Positions 20,760 to 31,377 of a DNA stretch of 64,000 nt are shown in pieces. Within the stretch, counting starts at the first letter, position 1, and every line of letters starts with the position of its first letter. Source of the stretch: Bacilli bacterium. Its GTDB lineage: Bacteria > Bacillota_I > Bacilli_A > RF39 > UBA660. The position numbers were made by a program, and so were the translations under genes. The notes under the pieces are model-generated. The model was given only the letters and a program-made list of their open reading frames with translations, was not told the origin of the DNA and made no database searches. The stretch lies in assembly GCA_017416535.1 (NCBI GenBank), contig JAFQCG010000001.1, positions 139,013 to 203,012 on the forward strand, read 5' to 3'.

Positions 20760-20885
20760 ACAATATCCACAGGAATGTGGAATACTTAAATAGAGATTGT
20801 TAAAAAAAATCTGTGGAAAATGTGGAAAACTCATTTTTTCTTATATATATCAACATTTTAATAGTGGAAAAAAATGTGGAAATCT
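20760..20885. promoter_or_regulatory. oriC DnaA-box cluster upstream of dnaA
   Basis: At least 6 DnaA-box-like 9-mers (ATATCCACA, TGTGGAATA, 2x TGTGGAAAA in tandem, AGTGGAAAA, TGTGGAAAT). Each is 7-8/9 matches to TTATCCACA / TGTGGATAA. Confidence 0.75.
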
Positions 20886-21141
20886 TGTTTAAAACTTTTT
20901 TTATAAAAAAATGGTTTATTTTTTCAACAAATTCAATTATACTAATCGTGACAATTTTAATTATGGGAGAATTAACCCCTAGAAGTATTTATAGAGTAGG
21001 GGATAAATTAATATTAATATAGATATTATTAATAAAATCTTTTATAATTAAAGTGATATATATGTTTTTTAAAAAAAGGGTTTTCTTTTTTATTAAAGTA
21101 ACATATACTAATTCGTATAAATTTCTTGCGGGGGAGATGGT
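20886..21141. promoter_or_regulatory. AT-rich region (candidate DNA unwinding element and dnaA promoter)
   Basis: More than 85% A+T with long A/T tracts, lying between the DnaA-box cluster and the dnaA start. Confidence 0.5.
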
Positions 21142-22518
21142 ATGATGAATGTAGATATTCTATGGTCTAACTTTTTATCACAGATAAAAGAAGAAATGAC
21201 CTCTTTATCATTTAATACCTGGTTCTCCGAAACTGAATTATATAAACTTGAAGATGGTAAAGCTTATATAATTGTACCAATGCCAATTCACAAAAAACAT
21301 TTAATGGATAATTTTTCCACTTTAATTGTTGATAAAATTACATCAATTACAGGTAGTAATTATGAACTTGAATTATTATTAAAAGAAGAAATAGATAAAA
21401 TTATTCCAAAAAAAGAAGAATCCACAATAGTTGTGGAAGAAAATAATAATGTTAATATAAAACCGCAATCTAATTTAAAAAGTAAATATACATTTGATAA
21501 TTTTATAGTCGGAAATAGTAATAAATTTGCTCATGCAGCTGCCTTATCTGTTGCTGAGAATCCTGGAAATATGTATAATCCTTTGTTTATATATGGAAAT
21601 AGCGGTTTAGGAAAAACACATTTAATGCATGCAATTGGAAATTATATTATTGAAAATTCTAGTAAGACTGTATTATATGTAACTAGTGATAATTTTATTC
21701 AAGATTTTATTAGTATGAGTAAAAAAGATGAGCATGGAAGTAATTTTAATTATGTTGACTTTTTTAAGAATAAATATAGAAATATAGATGTTCTTATAAT
21801 TGATGATATTCAATTTTTAGGTGGTGCAACACAAACTCAACAAGAATTTTTCCACACATTTAACAATTTATATAATGATAGTAAACAGATAATTGTTTCT
21901 TCGGATAGATCTCCTGGTGATTTAAAACAATTAGAAGAACGTTTAAGAACAAGGTTTTCATGGGGATTAACTGTTAATATTTATCCGCCTGACTTTGAAT
22001 TAAGAAAAGAAATATTAAAGAAAAAGATTATAGCAGGTAATTTTGAAAAAGAAATACCAGACGATGTAATAGAATATATTGCATCAAATATTGGAACTGA
22101 TGTTAGACAATTAGAAGGTTCTATTACTCGTTTAATAGCTTATTCAGCTATGATGGGTGGTTCTGAAATAACACTTGATTTAGCAATTGAAGCATTAAAA
22201 GACTTTATTAGTAAGGGAATGAGTGAAAAAAATGATGTTCATAGAATTCAAAAAATTGTTTCAGAATATTTTCAAATATCTGTTGAGGATATAAGAAGCA
22301 AGAAGAGAAGTTCTAATATTTCTTTTCCAAGACAGATAGCTATGTACTTATGTAGAGTAATGACTAGTGAGTCTTTTCCTAAGATTGGTATTGAATTTGG
22401 AGGAAAAGATCATTCTACGGTAATGCATTCAGTAGAGAAGATAGAAACAGAAATTAAACAAAATAAAGATTTAGCAAATATAATAGAAAAATTAAAAAAA
22501 GATATAGGGGTTGTTTAA
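21142..22518 (+). CDS. dnaA: chromosomal replication initiator DnaA
   Basis: 458 aa, AAA+ Walker A GNSGLGKTHLMHAIGN, domain IV DNA-binding C-terminus. Confidence 0.95.
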   Translation: MMNVDILWSNFLSQIKEEMTSLSFNTWFSETELYKLEDGKAYIIVPMPIHKKHLMDNFSTLIVDKITSITGSNYELELLLKEEIDKIIPKKEESTIVVEENNNVNIKPQSNLKSKYTFDNFIVGNSNKFAHAAALSVAENPGNMYNPLFIYGNSGLGKTHLMHAIGNYIIENSSKTVLYVTSDNFIQDFISMSKKDEHGSNFNYVDFFKNKYRNIDVLIIDDIQFLGGATQTQQEFFHTFNNLYNDSKQIIVSSDRSPGDLKQLEERLRTRFSWGLTVNIYPPDFELRKEILKKKIIAGNFEKEIPDDVIEYIASNIGTDVRQLEGSITRLIAYSAMMGGSEITLDLAIEALKDFISKGMSEKNDVHRIQKIVSEYFQISVEDIRSKKRSSNISFPRQIAMYLCRVMTSESFPKIGIEFGGKDHSTVMHSVEKIETEIKQNKDLANIIEKLKKDIGVV

Positions 22519-22538
22519 AACTTTTGTTAAGTAAAATT

Positions 22539-22610
22539 TTTTCCACAGATTGAAATATGAATTTTACTTTGAAAAATAAAGGAAAAAGAGATTTTTAAAC
22601 TTTTTCCACA
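22539..22610. promoter_or_regulatory. DnaA boxes in the dnaA-dnaN intergenic part of oriC
   Basis: TTTTCCACA at 22539-22547 and 22602-22610 (8/9 matches each). Confidence 0.65.
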
Positions 22611-22648
22611 GTAATAATATAAATAATTAAAAGAAAGAAGGAATATAT

Positions 22649-23776
22649 ATGAAATTAACAATTAAAAAAGATTTATTATTAGATGCTTTAAATAAAGTAT
22701 CAAAAGCTATTTCTACAAAAAATTTAATTCCAGTTTTAGCTGGTATAAAATTTGAATTAAAGAAAAAGAAGTTAACTTTAACTGCTAGTGATAATGATAT
22801 TACTATTCAAACAACTATTAATTGTAATAGTGATGAAGATTTTACTGTTGAAAGTGAAGGAAGTATTATTATTCAAGGTAAATATGTTTTAGATATTGTT
22901 AGAAAATTACCTGATAAGTATATTAATATAGAAGTTGTTGATGAATTAAAAATTCTTATTTATACAGAAAATAGTGAATTTAATTTAAATGGTATTAGTG
23001 AAAGTGAATATCCTAATATTGGATTAGAAGAAAGTAAGAAGAAAATTGTTGTTAAAGCTGGTGTTTTTAAAAGTATTGTTAATCAAACTGCTTTTGCATC
23101 TTCAAATGAAGAAAGTAAACCTGTATTAACTGGTATTAATTTTAATATAGCTGGAGATGTTTTAGAATGTAATTCAACAGATTCTTATAGATTGGCAAGA
23201 AAAGTTGTTAAACTAGATAATGTTAGTGAGGAAAACTATAATATAGTTATACCAAGTCATAATATTGTTGAATTTTCAAGAATATTAGGTGATGATGAAG
23301 AAGATGTTGAAATCCATATATTTAGTAATAAAGTTTTATTTAAAAATGGATATTTAAAATTTGAATCTAGATTGATTAATGGAACTTATCCAAATACATC
23401 TAATTTATTACCTGATGACTCTTTCTTAGTAATTAGTACAAATTTAAGTGCTTTTTATGATGTAATTGATCGTGTTAGTATTTTAACTAGTGATAAAGAG
23501 AAGAATATAGTTACTCTTGAAACAAATGGAAATATGTTAGTTCTAAGAAGTAGCTCTGCAGAAATTGGTAGAGTTGAAGAAAAAATGCCAATATCAAAGA
23601 ATAATAATGAAGATATTAAAATTTCATTTAGTGCAAAGTACATGATGGAAGCTTTAAAAAGTTTTTCAACAGAAACTGTGGATATTCATTTTGTTGGAGA
23701 AATTAAACCAATTTTAATTAAATCAACAGAGGATGAAACTTTAACACAATTAGTTTTACCAATAAGAACATATTAA
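22649..23776 (+). CDS. dnaN: DNA polymerase III beta sliding clamp
   Basis: 375 aa, MKLTIKKDLLLDALNKVSKAIS, three-domain clamp. Confidence 0.95.
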   Translation: MKLTIKKDLLLDALNKVSKAISTKNLIPVLAGIKFELKKKKLTLTASDNDITIQTTINCNSDEDFTVESEGSIIIQGKYVLDIVRKLPDKYINIEVVDELKILIYTENSEFNLNGISESEYPNIGLEESKKKIVVKAGVFKSIVNQTAFASSNEESKPVLTGINFNIAGDVLECNSTDSYRLARKVVKLDNVSEENYNIVIPSHNIVEFSRILGDDEEDVEIHIFSNKVLFKNGYLKFESRLINGTYPNTSNLLPDDSFLVISTNLSAFYDVIDRVSILTSDKEKNIVTLETNGNMLVLRSSSAEIGRVEEKMPISKNNNEDIKISFSAKYMMEALKSFSTETVDIHFVGEIKPILIKSTEDETLTQLVLPIRTY

Positions 23777-23778
23777 AA

Positions 23779-23800
23779 AGGAGTAAAATCCTTTTTTTTT
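23779..23800 (+). terminator. weak terminator after dnaN
   Basis: AGGA-GTAAAA-TCCT followed by T9. Confidence 0.45.
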
Positions 23801-23943
23801 CACTTTTTTTGTGGAAATAAAATAAATTTCGTAATATTTTGCGAATAATTTTTATGATAGGTGTTTTTATGACATATATCGACTTAATTATTTGATAAAT
23901 TTATGTCGGAAACAAAAAAGTTTCCACAGATTGGGGGAAAAGT

Positions 23944-24390
23944 ATGAAATATGAAATAAGTAGGGGAACTTTAGCGATTGTTCCTAATGAAAAAGAAAAT
24001 AGTGTAGTATATGAGGATGAGGAAAGATATATCGTAGATGATAAGCCATTTAAAATTATGGAAGATAGTTGTAAGTATTTTGGTAGTACTTACGAAGGAA
24101 GAAAAGAAAGTGCAAAAGATATTTTAGGAGCAGAATATAAAGTTCCTATTGTTGTTGAGGATACTGAAAATTTAGTTATATTTCCAACAACTTCACCATA
24201 TTCAGATGAGTGTGTTTGGATTTCATTAAAAAGATTAAAAAAGTTCGAAAAAGTTGACTCTTTTAATACAAAAATTATATTTGACAATAATAAAGAAATA
24301 ATTGTTCCTTGCTCTTATAGAACAATAGAAAATCAAATATCTAGAGCATCGAGACTTGATTATATTTTACGCATGCGAAAAAGTAGATAA
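23944..24390 (+). CDS. comK: ComK-family competence transcription factor homolog
   Basis: 148 aa. Aligns with B. subtilis ComK over most of its length (MEDSCKYFGSTYEGRKE, VIFPTTSPYSDECVWIS, SYRTIENQ). Confidence 0.7.
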   Translation: MKYEISRGTLAIVPNEKENSVVYEDEERYIVDDKPFKIMEDSCKYFGSTYEGRKESAKDILGAEYKVPIVVEDTENLVIFPTTSPYSDECVWISLKRLKKFEKVDSFNTKIIFDNNKEIIVPCSYRTIENQISRASRLDYILRMRKSR

Positions 24391-24445
24391 AAATAAGAAA
24401 AATAGTTTTTATAACTATTTTTTTAGTGTTTTTTTTAGCTTTTTA

Positions 24446-24454
24446 TGCTATAAT
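24446..24454 (+). promoter_or_regulatory. extended -10 (TGCTATAAT) upstream of recF
   Basis: TGnTATAAT about 70 bp upstream of the recF start. Confidence 0.4.
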
Positions 24455-24522
24455 ATATACGTATGTATAGGAATACTGAAATAGGGGATAGGTGATTGTA
24501 TGGGTCTTTTAAAGGGTTTTAA

Positions 24523-25635
24523 ATGAAACTTACAAAAATAAATCTTCTTAATTTTAGAAATTGTGCAAATGTTAATATTAGTTTTTGTGAAAATATGAAT
24601 ATTTTTATTGGGAATAATGCACAAGGTAAAACTAATATATTAGAAGCTATTACTATGCTTGCTCTTACTAAATCACATAGAGTAGGAGTAAATCCTAATA
24701 TTATTATGTTTAATAAAAAGAAGGCTCAAATAAAAGGTGTAGTAAAGAAAAATAAGATTATTTCTAAAATGGAAGTAGTAGTTACTGAAGAAGGTAAATC
24801 TTTAAAAATTAATCAAAATGATATAAAAAAAGTTTCTGATTATATTTCTAATCTAAATGTTATTGTTTTTACACCTGATGATTTAGAAATAGTTAAAGGT
24901 TCACCAAATATTCGTAGAAATTTATTAAATATACAATTATCACAAATATCTAAAACATATTTAAATACGTACAATGAATATAATAAGCTTTTAAAAACTA
25001 GAAATGAGTATTTAAAAATTTTATTTAGTAATAACATAGCTGATAAAACATATTTGGATATAATTACTGAAAAATTAATTGAAAAAGCTATAATTATTTA
25101 TCAAAAAAGAAAAGAATACATTGATTTTGTTAATTTAAATATTGATAAATATTATAGGGAAATAGCTGGATTTGATGGTTTAAAAGTAATATATACAAAA
25201 AATATCGATTTTGAAAGTTATGATTATGAAACAATTAGAAAGAAAATGAAGCATATATTTTGTAAGAATTATAATAAGGAATTAAATTATGGTATGACAA
25301 TGTATGGGCCTCATAGAGATGATTTTTATTTTGAATTAAATAATAATGATTTAAAATATTTTGGTTCGCAAGGTCAACAAAAAATAGCTATTTTATCATT
25401 TAAATTAGCTGAAATTCCTATTTTTACAGATTTATGTGAAACTGAACCATTGTTATTATTGGATGACATTTTTAGTGAATTAGATATTAAAAAGAGAAAT
25501 AAGTTGTTGAACTTTATTAATGAAAGTAATGTTCAAACTATAATAACAACAACAGATTTAAAAAATATTAATAAGAAATATTTAAATAATGCTTATATAT
25601 ATGAAGTAAAAAATGGTAATGTTGAAAGAAAGTAG
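24523..25635 (+). CDS. recF: DNA replication and repair protein RecF
   Basis: 370 aa, Walker A GNNAQGKTNILEAI, SMC-like. Confidence 0.9.
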   Translation: MKLTKINLLNFRNCANVNISFCENMNIFIGNNAQGKTNILEAITMLALTKSHRVGVNPNIIMFNKKKAQIKGVVKKNKIISKMEVVVTEEGKSLKINQNDIKKVSDYISNLNVIVFTPDDLEIVKGSPNIRRNLLNIQLSQISKTYLNTYNEYNKLLKTRNEYLKILFSNNIADKTYLDIITEKLIEKAIIIYQKRKEYIDFVNLNIDKYYREIAGFDGLKVIYTKNIDFESYDYETIRKKMKHIFCKNYNKELNYGMTMYGPHRDDFYFELNNNDLKYFGSQGQQKIAILSFKLAEIPIFTDLCETEPLLLLDDIFSELDIKKRNKLLNFINESNVQTIITTTDLKNINKKYLNNAYIYEVKNGNVERK

Positions 25636-25640
25636 GTTAG

Positions 25641-27572
<1,932 letters not shown>

Positions 27573-27583
27573 GAGGGTTTGAA

Positions 27584-30064
27584 ATGGATAGATTAGAAAA
27601 AAATAGTATTGTAAAAGAAGTCCAAGACTCTTTCTTAGAATATTCAATGAGTGTTATTGTTGCTCGTGCTTTACCTGACTTGAGGGATGGTTTAAAGCCA
27701 GTTCATAGAAGAATTTTATATTCTATGTACGAGTCTGGTTATACACCTGATAAACCTCATAAAAAGAGTGCAAGAATTGTCGGAGATGTAATGGGTAAAT
27801 ATCACCCACATGGTGATTCTTCTATTTATGAAGCAATGGTAAGAATGGCTCAAGATTTCTCATATCGCTATATGTTAGTTGATGGACATGGTAACTTTGG
27901 TAATATAGAAGGTTACGGGGCTGCGGCAATGCGTTATACAGAGTCTCGTTTATCTAAAATTTCATTAGAATTGCTTAGAAATATTAATAAAGATACAGTT
28001 GATTTTTCTCCTAACTTTGATGAGAGTGAAAGGGAACCAGCTGTATTACCTTCGAGATTTCCTAATATTTTAGTTAATGGAACTACTGGTATAGCTGTAG
28101 GAATGGCAACAAACATTCCACCACATAACTTAGGAGAAGTTATTGATGGGTGCGTTGCTTATATTGATAATCCTGATATTGATGTAGATGGATTAATGAA
28201 ATATATTAAAGGACCTGATTTTCCTACGGGTGCTACAATTTTAGGAAATAGTGGTATAAAGAAAGCATATGAAACTGGAAGAGGTTCAATAACAATTAGA
28301 AGTAAAGCTACTATTGAGGAAAAAAATGGAAAACAATATATTATTGTTGATGAAGTTCCTTATGGTGTTAATACATTAGAATTAAAGAATAAGGTGGCAG
28401 AACTTGTTCATAATAAAACAATTGAAGGAATTGCTGATTACCATTCAGATTTAAAAGATGGAATTAAAATTACAATTACTTTGAAAAAAGATGCAAATGC
28501 TCAAGTTGTTTTAAATAAATTATATAAGCATACTTCATTCCAAACTTCATATGGTATTATTTTCCTTATGTTAGACCAAGGAGTCCCAAAAACATTAGGA
28601 TTAAAGGATATTATTAGTAAATATATTGAATATCAAAAAGAAGTTATTATTAGAAGAACTAGATTTGATCTAGATGTGGCAGAAAAAAGAGTTCATATAT
28701 TAGAGGGTTTAAAAATTGCGTTAGATAATATTGATGCTGTTATCAAATTAATTCGTGCAGCAAAATCTGATGAAGAAGCTAGAAATGGCTTAATGAATAA
28801 CTTTAAATTAAGTGAAGTTCAAGCAAATGCAATTTTGGAAATGAAATTACGTCGTTTAACGGGCTTAGAGCGTGAAAAGATTGAAAATGAACTAAATGAC
28901 TTATTAAAGTTAATTGACGAGTTACGTGCTATTTTAGCTAGTGATGCGAAGATATTAGAAGTTATTAAAAATGAGTTATTAGAAATTAAAGATAAATATG
29001 GAGATGAAAGACGAACAAATATTGATATGACAGCTATTGAATATATCGAAGATGAATCTTTAATTCCTGAAGAAGATATAATTATTACACTAACTAAAAA
29101 TGGTTATATAAAAAGATTAAGATCAGATACTTATAGAACTCAAAATAGAGGAGGAGTTGGAGTTAAGGGTATGGCTACAAATGAAGATGATTTTGTAGAA
29201 CATATGATTTCAATGAAAACTCATGATTATTTATTATTCTTCTCTAATAGAGGTAGAGTATATAGAATGAAAGGTTATGAGGTTCCTGAATATGCAAGAC
29301 AATCTAAAGGGTTACCAATTATTAACTTGTTACCACTAGAAAAAGATGAGAACATTAGTTCGATTGTTGAGTTAGATGCTAACGATGATATTACTAAATA
29401 TTTAATGTTTGCAACACGTAATGGTATTGTTAAACGTACTGAAATAGGTGAGTTTGATAGTATTCGTAAAGGTGGTAAAATTGCAATTGTTTTAAAGGAA
29501 GATGATGAATTAATTTCAGTTAGAAAGACTTGTGGAAAAAATGAAATTGCAATTGGAGCAAGTAATGGACGAATGGTTAGATTTGATGAAAATGAAATTC
29601 GTTCAATGGGTAGAAGTAGTTCTGGAGTTAAGGGAATTGATTTAGATGGTGCGACTGTAGTTGGTGCTGAAGTAGTTAATTCTGGACAATATATTCTAAT
29701 TGTTACTGAAAAAGGTTACGGTAAGAAAACTGTGATTGATGAGTATAGATTAACTCATAGAGGAAGTAAAGGTGTAAGAGCATTTAATGTTACTGAAAAG
29801 AATGGTATGATGTCTGCTCTTAAATGTGTGGATGAAGGTAATGACTATGATGTAATAGTTGTTACTAATAGTGGTATTATCATGAAAATGCCAGGAGAGC
29901 AAATTTCAACTTTAAAACGTGCTACTCAAGGAGTTAGATTAATTAATTTAAAAGATGATCAAACTGTAGCTACTGTTGCAATTGTAGCGAAGGAAGAAGA
30001 ATCAGAAGATTCAGAACTTACTGATACCCCTGTGGATAAAATAAATTCTGAAGTTACAGCTTAA
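27584..30064 (+). CDS. gyrA: DNA gyrase subunit A
   Basis: 826 aa, active-site region [10 protein letters not shown]-terminal beta-pinwheel repeats. Confidence 0.95.
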   Translation: MDRLEKNSIVKEVQDSFLEYSMSVIVARALPDLRDGLKPVHRRILYSMYESGYTPDKPHKKSARIVGDVMGKYHPHGDSSIYEAMVRMAQDFSYRYMLVDGHGNFGNIEGYGAAAMRYTESRLSKISLELLRNINKDTVDFSPNFDESEREPAVLPSRFPNILVNGTTGIAVGMATNIPPHNLGEVIDGCVAYIDNPDIDVDGLMKYIKGPDFPTGATILGNSGIKKAYETGRGSITIRSKATIEEKNGKQYIIVDEVPYGVNTLELKNKVAELVHNKTIEGIADYHSDLKDGIKITITLKKDANAQVVLNKLYKHTSFQTSYGIIFLMLDQGVPKTLGLKDIISKYIEYQKEVIIRRTRFDLDVAEKRVHILEGLKIALDNIDAVIKLIRAAKSDEEARNGLMNNFKLSEVQANAILEMKLRRLTGLEREKIENELNDLLKLIDELRAILASDAKILEVIKNELLEIKDKYGDERRTNIDMTAIEYIEDESLIPEEDIIITLTKNGYIKRLRSDTYRTQNRGGVGVKGMATNEDDFVEHMISMKTHDYLLFFSNRGRVYRMKGYEVPEYARQSKGLPIINLLPLEKDENISSIVELDANDDITKYLMFATRNGIVKRTEIGEFDSIRKGGKIAIVLKEDDELISVRKTCGKNEIAIGASNGRMVRFDENEIRSMGRSSSGVKGIDLDGATVVGAEVVNSGQYILIVTEKGYGKKTVIDEYRLTHRGSKGVRAFNVTEKNGMMSALKCVDEGNDYDVIVVTNSGIIMKMPGEQISTLKRATQGVRLINLKDDQTVATVAIVAKEEESEDSELTDTPVDKINSEVTA

Positions 30065-30186
30065 TTAATTAAAAGGATGTTTACATCCTTTTTTTTATTT
30101 TGTTTTTTCATTTTATATAAATTTACCCTTGTGGAAAAAATTATTTTTGTTAATTAATTATTTAAGTAAAATTATTTCCCAAAAAT

Positions 30187-30200
30187 ATTTCCCGGGAAAT
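30187..30200. promoter_or_regulatory. Noc-binding site (NBS) palindrome ATTTCCCGGGAAAT
   Basis: Perfect 14-bp match to the B. subtilis Noc-binding consensus. A half-site-like GGGAAATAAT follows immediately. Confidence 0.6.
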
Positions 30201-30373
30201 AATTTGGGAAATAATTATATTTTTTTACATTTAGTCAATAAATTTATATGTTTTTATTTAAAAAACAGCTGAAATGTGTCAAATTTGACGTCATGATTCA
30301 TTTTAAGAGATTTTTCTATTTTTATACGTATATGTGATAGTTTAATTTTGTTAAAATTAACGTTTTTATTATT

Positions 30374-30389
30374 GGTTTCACGTGAAACT
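30374..30389. promoter_or_regulatory. near-consensus parS site (GGTTTCACGTGAAACT, 14/16)
   Basis: Matches the ParB/Spo0J parS consensus TGTTTCACGTGAAACA at 14 of 16 positions. Confidence 0.55.
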
Positions 30390-30445
30390 TTTTTTATTGT
30401 AATTATTTATTATGTGTCTATAAAACTGTAGAAAATTTTTATTTA

Positions 30446-30461
30446 TGTTTCACGTGAAACA
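30446..30461. promoter_or_regulatory. perfect parS site TGTTTCACGTGAAACA
   Basis: 16/16 match to the Firmicute parS consensus. A perfect DnaA box follows 4 bp downstream. Confidence 0.75.
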
Positions 30462-30464
30462 TTT

Positions 30465-30473
30465 TATCCACAA
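30465..30473. promoter_or_regulatory. perfect DnaA box TTATCCACA
   Basis: 9/9 consensus. Confidence 0.6.
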
Positions 30474-30538
30474 TTTTGTGAATTTTTAAAAATTATATTT
30501 ATATTTATTTTATTAATATATTTTTATGTTTTGATTTT

Positions 30539-30547
30539 TTATCCACA
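30539..30547. promoter_or_regulatory. perfect DnaA box TTATCCACA
   Basis: 9/9 consensus. Confidence 0.6.
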
Positions 30548-30632
30548 TTTGCTGTGCAATTGTAGTTTTTTTGTTAATTATTAATATTTGTTTATATATT
30601 TTAAATAATTATTAAGTATTTTAATTTGTTTA

Positions 30633-30648
30633 TGTTTCACGTGAAACA
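30633..30648. promoter_or_regulatory. perfect parS site TGTTTCACGTGAAACA
   Basis: 16/16. Part of a 29-bp direct repeat TATGTTTCACGTGAAACATTTTATCCACA, also present at 30444-30473. Confidence 0.75.
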
Positions 30649-30650
30649 TT

Positions 30651-30659
30651 TTATCCACA
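30651..30659. promoter_or_regulatory. perfect DnaA box TTATCCACA
   Basis: 9/9 consensus. Confidence 0.6.
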
Positions 30660-30792
30660 GAAATTGTTAATAAGTTTAATATATATATAAAAATCCACTG
30701 TTTTTGTGTATAAATTTCTTTTTCTATAATAAATTTGAATCATTTAAAACTATTTACAAAATTATATTCTTATATTAAAATATATATCGTGC

Positions 30793-30866
30793 AATGGAAG
30801 TGTTTGAACCAGGTCAGGATCGGAAGGTAGCAGCCTTAAGGACCTCCTTCCATGTGCACTTTTTTA
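30793..30866 (+). ncRNA. ffs: signal recognition particle RNA (small, 4.5S-type)
   Basis: ACCAGGUCAGGAUCGGAAGGUAGCAGCCUUAAGG nearly matches the E. coli 4.5S domain IV (ACCAGGUCAGGUCCGGAAGGAAGCAGCCAAGG). It is enclosed by a 12-bp stem (GUGCAAUGGAAG / CUUCCAUGUGCAC) and followed by a U-run. In B. subtilis scr lies next to tadA-dnaX. Confidence 0.7.
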
Positions 30867-30879
30867 TTGGAGTGATTTT

Positions 30880-31326
30880 ATGAATTTAGAATATATGGAA
30901 GTTGCTTTTAAAGAAGCTGAAAAGGCATTTAAAAGGGGAGAAGTTCCTATTGGTGCTGTTATTGTTAAAAACGGTAAAATAATTGCAAAAGCATTTAATA
31001 ATAAGGAAAAAAAGCATTGTTGTATTGAACATGCTGAAATTACAGCTATAAAAAGAGCTTCTAGAAAACTTAAAAATTGGCGTTTAGAGGATTGTGATAT
31101 CTATGTGACATTAGAACCATGTCCGATGTGTGCAAGTGCTATTAAACAATCGAGAATTAAAAATGTTTATTCTGCTTTAAAAAATAGTGATATAAATAAT
31201 ATTGATATTATTAATAGAATATTTAATGCCGATAAAGTTAATCCTAAAGTTAATTTTGTTAATAATTTATCTGTGGAAAAAAGTACGACATTATTACAAA
31301 AATTCTTCTCTAGCAGAAGAAAATAG
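30880..31326 (+). CDS. tadA: tRNA-specific adenosine deaminase TadA
   Basis: 148 aa, CDA zinc motifs HAEITAI and PCPMC. Confidence 0.85.
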   Translation: MNLEYMEVAFKEAEKAFKRGEVPIGAVIVKNGKIIAKAFNNKEKKHCCIEHAEITAIKRASRKLKNWRLEDCDIYVTLEPCPMCASAIKQSRIKNVYSALKNSDINNIDIINRIFNADKVNPKVNFVNNLSVEKSTTLLQKFFSSRRK

Positions 31327-31347
31327 TAATAATGTTTTTTTCTTTGT

Positions 31348-31356
31348 GCTATAATA
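31348..31356 (+). promoter_or_regulatory. extended -10 (TGCTATAAT) upstream of dnaX
   Basis: TGnTATAAT about 22 bp upstream of the dnaX start. Confidence 0.4.
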
Positions 31357-31377
31357 TAAGAAATTGGGAGGTGTCTT

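Noticed and set aside
20813-21022. 69-aa plus-strand ORF upstream of dnaA
   Set aside because: It lies inside the oriC DnaA-box/AT-rich unwinding region. The translation is low complexity and oriC regions are non-coding.
30444-30659. Repeated ~29-bp unit TATGTTTCACGTGAAACATTTTATCCACA could be mistaken for a CRISPR repeat
   Set aside because: There are only two full copies plus one partial, spacing is irregular (187 bp) and no cas genes are present. The unit decomposes exactly into parS + DnaA-box consensus sequences.
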